In this document: piece by piece, positions 17,224 through 24,584 of the stretch | Numbering within the stretch: position 1 is the first letter of the stretch | How the letters are laid out: each line of letters begins with the position of its first letter | Source: a virus | Lineage: Duplodnaviria > Caudoviricetes | Strand: one strand, 5' to 3' | Virus record (IMG/VR): IMGVR_UViG_3300020045_001775 | Location: 1-33,847 of that record | Length of the DNA stretch: 33,847 bases | The notes under the pieces: model-generated | Databases searched by the model: none | Told to the model about the DNA's origin: nothing | Seen by the model: only the letters and a program-made list of their open reading frames with translations | Program-made: the position numbers and the translations under genes

Positions 17224-17928
17224 TTAATACCAGCGCCCCGTTGCTTGCAGGATTGCCGTCGATGTGCCGCCCGCCGCCAATGACGCTGAAAACCAATGGC
17301 GATATACTGCGGCTGTGTCGGATCGGCTGCGAATGCTGATGCCGCCGAAACGGTCGCTTCTGACGCTCACCCCGGACAGCCCGTCAACGTCTGTAAACCC
17401 CTTGGGGAATGTCCATGTCAGGTCAGACGGCCCGGTGAATATCGACCCGGACGCGGTTTCCACACCATCAGTCGATGAAACGGTGATGCCGCAAATCATG
17501 CTGCCATCCGCCCACCGCACATATTCGCCGTTGGCGTTTGTCCCGCGTTCAATCAGCCGATCAACAATCCAATTCGTGCCGTTATACCATGCCACGGTAT
17601 ATGCATCGGTGCGGATATAGCTGGCGGGCAGATCAACCCCCGTCACCGTCTTGCACGTAACAGCGCCCAGCCCGTCAACGTTTAGCGTGGTCGATGTTGT
17701 ATTGGTCGTGCCAGTCGTAAACTGCACACGCATCCCGGTCGGGATTGACGCCAGCGACAGCCCGGTTGAAATGGTCCGCACATCAGCCGTTCCGCCGATG
17801 GTGTAATGGCCGAGCAAAACCTTGTCGGCGTCGTCCATGTTGGTGTTGAGTTTTGCGCCCCAAGTGTCTTCGGATGCGCCGACCTCAACCTTGACCAAGC
17901 CGAAATTCGTCGTGTTGGTATCAGCCAT
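17224..17928 (-). CDS. Short tail fibre protein
   Basis: N-terminal MADT.TTNFGLVK.EVGASEDTWGAKLN anchor; C-terminal ERGTNANGEYVRWADGSMIC...WTFP..F fibre tip-like domain. Confidence 0.75.
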   Translation of the reverse strand: MADTNTTNFGLVKVEVGASEDTWGAKLNTNMDDADKVLLGHYTIGGTADVRTISTGLSLASIPTGMRVQFTTGTTNTTSTTLNVDGLGAVTCKTVTGVDLPASYIRTDAYTVAWYNGTNWIVDRLIERGTNANGEYVRWADGSMICGITVSSTDGVETASGSIFTGPSDLTWTFPKGFTDVDGLSGVSVRSDRFGGISIRSRSDTAAVYRHWFSASLAAGGTSTAILQATGRWY

Positions 17929-17936
17929 GCTTTATC

Positions 17937-18560
17937 CTAACTTGCGCGCCGGGTGCCGTAGCGCAGGCCGGTGCCCGACCACTTCGCCGCGTCCGATGTG
18001 GCGTTCAACCGCTGCGTTGCGGCTGCGTAAAGACTGCCCCAGACCGCTATCCGCGCGTCCTCGACCAGATACGGGGCTGACTGAATCAACGCGCCGTAAA
18101 GGTAGGCGTCGGGGGCCTCGGTCAGCAGCCAGTTACTTGTGTTGCTGTCAGACAGGGCGGGCACTTTGGCCGTGTAAATGATCGTTCCGGTGTAAGTGCT
18201 ATCCGGCGACGGGTAAAACTCGAAATCCTCGCCGATGTGCGTATACGCCATGGGGCAACCCGTGGCGTCGTATCCATCGGCCCGCATGGTTTCCATGTCA
18301 GCGACCGACACAAGCCGCAGGGGCGCGTATCCGCTTGCGTTCGTGCTGATCCTGATCGTTTCAACCCAATCCGCCGGGATAGCGACGTAACGCCCATCAA
18401 TTGACAGCGTATCCCTCGTTGTCATCCGCCAATGCCGCACATCGCGGTTGATCTGGCTTTCGGCCAGTGTGATGAAATCGGGGATTGCGGCTGCAAGGTC
18501 CGTGCGAAGCAACCAACCCGCGATGGCGGTTTGTAATTCGTCGTATGTGCTAAGTGCCAT
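17937..18560 (-). CDS. Head-tail adaptor protein
   Basis: MALSTYDELQTAIAGWL.R.DL...IPDFITLAE; FYP.PD; NWLL...PDAYLYGAL. Confidence 0.85.
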   Translation of the reverse strand: MALSTYDELQTAIAGWLLRTDLAAAIPDFITLAESQINRDVRHWRMTTRDTLSIDGRYVAIPADWVETIRISTNASGYAPLRLVSVADMETMRADGYDATGCPMAYTHIGEDFEFYPSPDSTYTGTIIYTAKVPALSDSNTSNWLLTEAPDAYLYGALIQSAPYLVEDARIAVWGSLYAAATQRLNATSDAAKWSGTGLRYGTRRAS

Positions 18561-20116
18561 TATTGCGCCTCCGGGTCATAGATCGCGTTTGCGCCAAGTA
18601 GCCCGGCCATGCTGGCGCTTAGGTTGCGCAAGTGCGACAATCGCGGATCAAAGCGGGCGAAACGTGACCGGATGTTGCTGGCGTCAAAGATGCCCCGGTG
18701 CGTGGCATAATCTTCAACAGAATAATCCGGGTGGTCGTTAAAGTTTCTAAACTCAACACCAACCCCGCCATTCTTGCGCGCATCGCCCAAAGCGTCACGC
18801 ATTGAATTTTCAAGATCGTTGACGCCACCGAAATCAGCGTCAATTACGCTTGACGGGCGCGGGGAATAGACCGGGACAACAGATTGTCCAGCCTGTAGCG
18901 GCATTGTCTGCTCAAGTTGTTCCGCCTCGGCCATCAGTCGGCTGGCTAAGTCCCATTGCCCGGCACGTTCCGCCGCTTCACTTTGCTTTATAAGCCGCGC
19001 AACGGGGGCGTCACGCGCCGCCATATTTGCATAGCCGTCCGCTGTGATTGGACTGTCTACAAGCCAATCTGCGCGACGGGCGGAATAAGCGTCCGCTACA
19101 CCGCCCCGATATGACGGGTCAAACGCCGGAAAATCCGCACCTGTCCCATGATAAAGCGGCGTATCTGCGTCAAACCCAATTTCACGCGCCCGCGCCATCC
19201 TGCTGGCCTCGTCCATCGGCATTTCGGCCCCGGTTGCGCCGCTTTCATACAGCCGCCACATTTCTTGCGGATCGACCGCCGCCATCATATCGTCAGTCAC
19301 ATCAGCCGCGCGACCACCAGACAACATGCGCGCGACTTCCTGCGCCGGGGAAACCGGGGCGGGCGGCTGCGTCACCATGTTGACAGATGAATTTTCATCT
19401 ATCATGCGGAAAACGTCGTCAAGGCTTGCGTTCGGCATATTAGGTGGCCTGCGACCTGCCCTGTATGCAATCCTTGCGGCTTCCTTTGACGATATTTGAC
19501 CGCCAAAGTTGGGGTTTGCCGCCATTGCCTCGTCAAGAAGGCGCGTCCCGCCGCCCTGTCTGCGCATGGCTTCCGGCACTTCAAAATCAAGGACGGATGC
19601 GCGGCCCCCATTGGGGCGTTGCAGGACATTCATATAGCCGCCAGTTGGCTCGTCAACATATCGGGCAATCATTGCGCCGGGGCCGAATGTCGCGCTTGCA
19701 TCCGTCCTTGATGCAAGTGTCCGCAACGCGCCTTCCGGGGCCGACATGGGCGCGCCTAACAGGCCGTAGTCCATCGCCGTGGCGAATGCATCGCCATACG
19801 TGACAGGCTCGCCACGTGCGGCCCTAGCAGGGGCCAGCAAGCCCTGTGTCATAGCGCCCGCTACGCTGCCTAGCCAAGCTGGTGGTGCCGCGCTAGCGCC
19901 CATCCCAGAGCGCGGCGTTGCGTTGCCATCAGGAACACGCAGCCCGCGCGGATCGTTTGCCATTGCAGGCATTTCAACCGGCGCGGACTCTGGCATCACG
20001 CTGAACTGATTGCCGCCGATGTCCTGATAAACCGGGAAACCCAATTCAGTCCGAACGCCGGGAACCGGACGCGCGCCCATCGGCTGGGCAAAGAATGGCA
20101 GGTCTTCGAGTCTCAT
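18560..20116 (-). CDS. Polyvalent-type protein: GNAT-like domain + ADP-ribosyltransferase-like (YHGT) domain
   Basis: FEVPEAMRRQGGGTRLL (GNAT motif A); GF....LYHGT...F..FD ... A.GYA ... V.PVY ... IFD.SNIRSRFA.FDP. Confidence 0.7.
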   Translation of the reverse strand: MRLEDLPFFAQPMGARPVPGVRTELGFPVYQDIGGNQFSVMPESAPVEMPAMANDPRGLRVPDGNATPRSGMGASAAPPAWLGSVAGAMTQGLLAPARAARGEPVTYGDAFATAMDYGLLGAPMSAPEGALRTLASRTDASATFGPGAMIARYVDEPTGGYMNVLQRPNGGRASVLDFEVPEAMRRQGGGTRLLDEAMAANPNFGGQISSKEAARIAYRAGRRPPNMPNASLDDVFRMIDENSSVNMVTQPPAPVSPAQEVARMLSGGRAADVTDDMMAAVDPQEMWRLYESGATGAEMPMDEASRMARAREIGFDADTPLYHGTGADFPAFDPSYRGGVADAYSARRADWLVDSPITADGYANMAARDAPVARLIKQSEAAERAGQWDLASRLMAEAEQLEQTMPLQAGQSVVPVYSPRPSSVIDADFGGVNDLENSMRDALGDARKNGGVGVEFRNFNDHPDYSVEDYATHRGIFDASNIRSRFARFDPRLSHLRNLSASMAGLLGANAIYDPEAQ

Positions 20117-21372
20117 GCCAAGCCCTTAAGATTGCGCCGCATCGGCTTATCCCATGTGTCGGTCGCGCGATACCCGATTGCCAGATACCGGAACGCATCG
20201 GCGCTGTGGCTTGTCCAATCGTGCAGCGGGCGGGAACGCCAGGTCTTGCCCTTCTCGTCCCAATCCTGCCGATATTGCCGTAACGCTTCCAACCCGCGCC
20301 CGCACTTCGCCTCGTCAAACCACGTATTGGGCAGGCTTAACCGCGTGGCTTGAATGCCGTCGTCCAAGCTGATCTGCGGGGCAATCTCGATATTGGTCAC
20401 ACCAAGCGCGCCCAGCGTTTCAAGCCGTGACTTGCCTGATCCCAATTCCCTAACCCGCACGTCATGCGGCAGGATGTGCGACCCGTAAACGTAACCCTTG
20501 TCCTGCAACACCTTGGCATAGTGATCTAGGCCGACGCCGCTGCTCTCGTAGTAATCGATAATGCGCCTTTCGCGCCCGACATACTGCGCAAACCAGATCG
20601 CCGTGCTGTCCCCGACACCCAAGTCCCACGCCGTGATGACCTTGACGCCCGCTTCATGCGGCACAACGCCAATGCGGCCTTCGTCATCAGCCTTGCGCAT
20701 TTGCAGCCCGTAATAGCTGCCCATGATTGCGGCTTCGAATGAACACTCAAATTCCTGATCGTAACGCTCATCGCCCATTGTGCGCTTGGCGTCGTCCAGT
20801 TCGTCTTGGTCAAGAATGCCTGTGTCGCTGGCCTTGAGCATCGTGCAATACCAAGCCGGGTCTGTCTTGGCGTTGCTGTAGGTATCCCAAAACTCATTCT
20901 TGCCCTTTGGCGTTCCGATGAACGTCGCGCGGCCTTTGCGGTCGGACAGCGCCGGGCGGATTACGCTAGGCCATGCGTTTGCAGGGAAGTCGGCTGGCTC
21001 GTCCAATACAACCGCGTCAAAGTATAGGCCGCGCATTGCGTCATAATTGTCAGCCCCGAACAACCGCAACCGCGCGCCGTTGGGAAAGTCGATCCGCAGT
21101 TCGCTTTCATTCACGATGATGCCGGGGATTGGCGCGGTGAATGTCTTTGCGTAGTCCCATACAACCGCCTTGGCTTGGCGATAGTATGGCGCGATATATG
21201 CGACCCGCACATCGGGCCGCGTGTTTGTCAGCGCATCGCGGATCAGATCGTTGATTGCGCCAACCGTCTTGCCGAACCGCCGATGCGCAACGATGCAGGC
21301 AAAGCGTTCTGACCGTGCGTGGAATGCCCTAAGCTGCTCGCGCGGCTTGTAGGGGATTGTTACGACAGCCAA
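20113..21372 (-). CDS. terL: Terminase large subunit
   Basis: AHRRFGKT Walker A, VVLDE Walker B, IGTPKG, WDLG and H.ADAFRY nuclease motifs; probable TTG start 21372. Confidence 0.95.
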   Translation of the reverse strand: MAVVTIPYKPREQLRAFHARSERFACIVAHRRFGKTVGAINDLIRDALTNTRPDVRVAYIAPYYRQAKAVVWDYAKTFTAPIPGIIVNESELRIDFPNGARLRLFGADNYDAMRGLYFDAVVLDEPADFPANAWPSVIRPALSDRKGRATFIGTPKGKNEFWDTYSNAKTDPAWYCTMLKASDTGILDQDELDDAKRTMGDERYDQEFECSFEAAIMGSYYGLQMRKADDEGRIGVVPHEAGVKVITAWDLGVGDSTAIWFAQYVGRERRIIDYYESSGVGLDHYAKVLQDKGYVYGSHILPHDVRVRELGSGKSRLETLGALGVTNIEIAPQISLDDGIQATRLSLPNTWFDEAKCGRGLEALRQYRQDWDEKGKTWRSRPLHDWTSHSADAFRYLAIGYRATDTWDKPMRRNLKGLA

Positions 21373-21638
21373 GCGAGTGTGATCTTGTGTTCGCCGTTTT
21401 CGCCCGGACCCTGCAACGGCAACAGCTTCGGATAGATCGTCGCCCAGAACGCGCGCTCGTTTTCGGGTGCTTCTTGCGCCCATGCAACCATGCGATCAAG
21501 CCCGCCAAGCGCATCGGCAGCGCCTTCGATCATGGCTTTGGCCGTGGCTGTAGTTTTGTTGACGCTGCCCTTGGGGCGACCGCCTTTGTTGACGGGGTTG
21601 TCTGGCCCTATTTTACCCATGTCATTGATGCGGTCCAC
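21360..21638 (-). CDS. terS: Terminase small subunit
   Basis: GGRPKGSVNK.T motif, F...YPKLLP; directly upstream of and overlapping terL. Confidence 0.8.
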   Translation of the reverse strand: MDRINDMGKIGPDNPVNKGGRPKGSVNKTTATAKAMIEGAADALGGLDRMVAWAQEAPENERAFWATIYPKLLPLQGPGENGEHKITLAWLS

Positions 21639-21657
21639 AATGGGGTGCCGCCTCCTA

Positions 21658-21846
21658 TTATGCGCCCGCTGGCGGCTTTGCGATGTATTTCAGGCTGCGG
21701 CCTTGCCCGTCTGTTTCTGTTGCGGTCCAGACCGGGTAATGCCCGTATTGCGCGGCCCAATCGCGCGCCTCGGTTTCGTCTGGTGTGAATATGCCGATGA
21801 CTTCGCCCTTGGGGAAGTATAGGCGCACTTGGTAAACGTCCATCAT
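21658..21846 (-). CDS. Hypothetical protein (~62 aa)
   Basis: MMDVYQVRLYFPKGEVIGIF...; ATGA overlap with upstream gene. Confidence 0.55.
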   Translation of the reverse strand: MMDVYQVRLYFPKGEVIGIFTPDETEARDWAAQYGHYPVWTATETDGQGRSLKYIAKPPAGA

Positions 21847-22139
21847 GCGTCCACGATTGCCACTTTGTGACCTGACGCCACGCCGCCGAACGAACGGGTT
21901 GACCCATCCGGGACAAGCGACAGTGTGCCGGTTGCGGTGTCCGGCGCGGCGGCCACGCAAAACTTGATTGCGCCGCCGGATGCCGTGATGGTCACGATGC
22001 AACCTGTTTTGGTCGCGGCTGCGGTGCTGGCCTGCGATGATGCGCTCGACGTCATAATCTGCACACTATCCGGGTTAACGGAATGCAGCGGCGCACCGAC
22101 ACCGAACGCGCTTTCAAAACGAATTTCACAAGTCGCCAT
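21843..22139 (-). CDS. First late gene; small Ser/Thr/Ala-rich beta protein, possibly virion-associated
   Basis: SD AGAGG; 98 aa; first ORF after the late leader. Confidence 0.7.
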   Translation of the reverse strand: MATCEIRFESAFGVGAPLHSVNPDSVQIMTSSASSQASTAAATKTGCIVTITASGGAIKFCVAAAPDTATGTLSLVPDGSTRSFGGVASGHKVAIVDA

Positions 22140-22278
22140 GATCTAACCTCTATTGTTTGCCCCGCTGCCCTATTCGGCGCGAACATGAACCACCCCCGTC
22201 GCGCCGTTGACTTGCGCATATGGGCTGTTCCCGGCGCGGGGCTGGACCGGGTTGGGAATGACGGGGAGGTGTGGGCGT

Positions 22279-22314
22279 GAAAAAGACTTGCCCCTGCGCT
22301 GTTTCAGCAAGGGC
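22279..22314 (-). terminator. Terminator-like hairpin in late leader
   Basis: Minus strand GCCCTTG-CTG-AAA-CAG-CG-CAGGGGC followed by AAGTCTTTTT; U-tract is offset from the stem. Confidence 0.5.
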
Positions 22315-22358
22315 CGCGCGGTTGACCGCAGTTCAGCAGGTGCAACCTGTCTGTGCGC

Positions 22359-22387
22359 ACTATGCAGATTTTGTGTGTATCCGTCAA
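22359..22387 (-). promoter_or_regulatory. Sigma70-type late promoter (pR'-like)
   Basis: TTGACG-N17-CATAGT, with the -35 overlapping the stop codon of the NusG-like gene. Confidence 0.7.
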
Positions 22388-22914
22388 GCCCTGCGCACAT
22401 TTAGCGGGTCAAGCCGCAGTTGCATGGCTTTCCCGCCGATGGTGCCGGGCAATTCCCCGATCACGGACGGAAAGCCGTTGTCGCCTGCCTCAATCATGGC
22501 GCGGAATGTGACAAGCTGCCCGGTTAGCTTGCCCGCCATAATCATCAGCGCATCACCGTCCTGATATTGTGCGACACGTTCTCCCGCGTCCAGTGCGGCT
22601 TTGCGGGCGTCGTATTCGATTGCGGCGAGTGTCAGGAACGGCGTGATCTGCCGGGCGGCGGTGCGGTCAGGGACTGGGCGCATGGTGGCGGACAGGTTCT
22701 TGACGTGCCGCAGATCGTGCCATTGCGCGTCAGTGCATCGAAAAAATATGTAATTGCTGATGACCGGCGATGTGACGGCTTCCGGCCATCGTTGCTTACC
22801 CTTGCGGATGCCTTCGATCTTTAGCGCCACGTCTGCGATGATGCCAAGGGCGCGGGCGTCTGCCTGCACCTGCATTTCGCAATTCGCTTTGGCGTAACCT
22901 ACCCATGTCGTCAT
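22384..22914 (-). CDS. NusG/RfaH-family transcription antiterminator paralog
   Basis: NGN-like W.....ANCE.QV...PVISNYIFF; KOW-like GDALMIMAGKLTGQ; sits at the early/late boundary. Confidence 0.75.
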   Translation of the reverse strand: MTTWVGYAKANCEMQVQADARALGIIADVALKIEGIRKGKQRWPEAVTSPVISNYIFFRCTDAQWHDLRHVKNLSATMRPVPDRTAARQITPFLTLAAIEYDARKAALDAGERVAQYQDGDALMIMAGKLTGQLVTFRAMIEAGDNGFPSVIGELPGTIGGKAMQLRLDPLNVRRA

Positions 22915-23159
22915 TTGCCTGCCCTCAACTGTTTTTCAATCGCTCTTCGTCTGCTTTCCCATGCGGTTATGACCGATTTGGACGGCGGGTCGGACGCGGA
23001 TAGCGCCTCGTTCAGTTGCACAAGTTCGGTCAGCAGATCGGCCCTGCTTTGCCACGGCGTTGTGATTGCTGCTTTGGCGGCTTCAGTGATCGGGGGCGGA
23101 TTTGCGCAAATGCGGTCAATCATCGCGGATTCGTCGTCTGTCAGGGTTACGCGGGTCAT
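22911..23159 (-). CDS. Hypothetical protein (82 aa)
   Basis: ATGA overlaps at both ends (start 23159). Confidence 0.65.
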   Translation of the reverse strand: MTRVTLTDDESAMIDRICANPPPITEAAKAAITTPWQSRADLLTELVQLNEALSASDPPSKSVITAWESRRRAIEKQLRAGK

Positions 23160-23836
23160 GCGACTAACTCCAACTGTTGCGGTCTGATTGCCCATGTGTG
23201 GGGTGTCTGCATCGCGTCCCATCGGTCGGCCATTTTGCGCGGCGTCCTGTGCGGCAGGTGGTGGTTTTGCGCAATGTCGGTGCTATCAACTGAATAAAAC
23301 GGCCATTGCATCCCGCTGAGTTGCATTCCGCGCAACATATGCAGGCGCGGCAATCGGCGATGGCGCGTGGCTATTTCGTTCCATAGTTCATCCATTTTGC
23401 GTGTCCATTCGGGGGATAAGACTTTGCGAAACTCGGCGGTTGACCCGATACAGACGAGCGGCCATTCGTCGGTCAGGCGCAACGCGCGGCTGATAGGTTC
23501 ATCCATGTGCCAGACGGGTGCGCCCCGGTGCCCATGGGGCCATTCGCGCAATAGGGCGTCCTGTTCCTGCGTTCCTGCGTCGATCACGTCAGGGATAACG
23601 GCCCATGTTGTCGGGCAATCAAGCCATTTATCTGTCCATTCGTAATAGCTATTCCAGTCTGTTTTGTGGCCGCGTTTCCAAGCTGAGAACGCGCCGTTAT
23701 CCAGCATGACGGATTGACCGATTTCGTGAACGCGGCGCACATCATCAGGTCTGGCATGAGACACACAGAAATTGCGGCCCGCCAATTCGTAAAGCGCCGA
23801 TATGGGGCTGATGGGTGTGCCGTGATAGTGGATCAT
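23156..23836 (-). CDS. Short TGT-fold (DpdA-like) guanine transglycosylase
   Basis: Ordered TGT-barrel motifs MLDNGAFS, IPDVI, PVWH, CIGS, LHMLRG, SVDST; no CxCxxC Zn motif; start ATG 23836 overlaps transporter stop. Confidence 0.7.
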   Translation of the reverse strand: MIHYHGTPISPISALYELAGRNFCVSHARPDDVRRVHEIGQSVMLDNGAFSAWKRGHKTDWNSYYEWTDKWLDCPTTWAVIPDVIDAGTQEQDALLREWPHGHRGAPVWHMDEPISRALRLTDEWPLVCIGSTAEFRKVLSPEWTRKMDELWNEIATRHRRLPRLHMLRGMQLSGMQWPFYSVDSTDIAQNHHLPHRTPRKMADRWDAMQTPHTWAIRPQQLELVA

Positions 23837-24354
23837 GTCGCAACCGCCCGGCGCGCTTTGACGTAAAGCCACGCGGCAACAGCAACGGACGCATAGACCT
23901 TTGCGAGTGTTGTCCCGGCTGAGAATTGCAGCGAACCGAAGGCCAGCCAGACGAAAAGCATACTGTCGAGAGTTGCGCCGATGATCCCGGATGCGGCAAC
24001 GGCAATGGCTTTGCCGCGATTGCGCAAGCGACTGTAAACAGCCAGGTCAGCCAGTTCTGCGAATAGGAACGCGGCTGCTGATGCGATGGCAAGCGCGGGG
24101 GGCGATGTCAGCAGCGACAAGGCCGCACCGATCATCACGGCGGCAAGCGCCCATTTCCATCCGGCCCATTCATGCACTAAGTCGCGCAGGACTAGCGCGG
24201 CCCCAATCATCAGAACGCCGCTAGGTGCCATAAGGCCAAAGCCTACCGGGATGATGCACGGCCCATCGGGGATGCACGTTCCGACATTGCCGATCAGCCA
24301 ATTTGCGGCGGGGATGGTTGCTGCGAATGCTGCGATGGCGACAACGGCCCTCAT
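23833..24354 (-). CDS. VUT / YhhQ-family (queuosine-precursor) transporter
   Basis: Multi-TM; AN, G..L.LRDLVHE..G, AS..AFL.AE..D..VY..LR, S.......DS..F..LAF, K motifs. Confidence 0.85.
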   Translation of the reverse strand: MRAVVAIAAFAATIPAANWLIGNVGTCIPDGPCIIPVGFGLMAPSGVLMIGAALVLRDLVHEWAGWKWALAAVMIGAALSLLTSPPALAIASAAAFLFAELADLAVYSRLRNRGKAIAVAASGIIGATLDSMLFVWLAFGSLQFSAGTTLAKVYASVAVAAWLYVKARRAVAT

Positions 24355-24584
24355 TCGTCACCATCCGCATAAACGCCGCACATCAGGTTGTGCTTGAACC
24401 CCTCTAACAGCCAAAGCACTTCACCGCCGTCTGCCAGGTCCAACGTTGCGCGGGCTTGCAAGTCGCCGTTTTTGTCCCATCCGATAATCAGGACGGATTT
24501 GAACGCACCCACGGCTTGCTCCAGAACAGCGTCGGGGTCTTTGGCGCTATCGGCGGGATAGAAGCGGACTATGTTGTCGGTCAT
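24351..24584 (-). CDS. Small acidic hypothetical protein (77 aa)
   Basis: ATGA overlaps with C5-MTase and transporter; VLIIGWDKNGDL. Confidence 0.75.
   Translation of the reverse strand: MTDNIVRFYPADSAKDPDAVLEQAVGAFKSVLIIGWDKNGDLQARATLDLADGGEVLWLLEGFKHNLMCGVYADGDE

Noticed and set aside
21373-21483. N-terminal extension of terL
   Set aside because: Lies within terS; terminase-like sequence begins near TIPYKPR
22170-22404. Short ORFs in the late leader, and a possible tRNA there
   Set aside because: No SD or protein-like composition; no cloverleaf or T-loop GTTCRA; better explained as promoter plus structured leader
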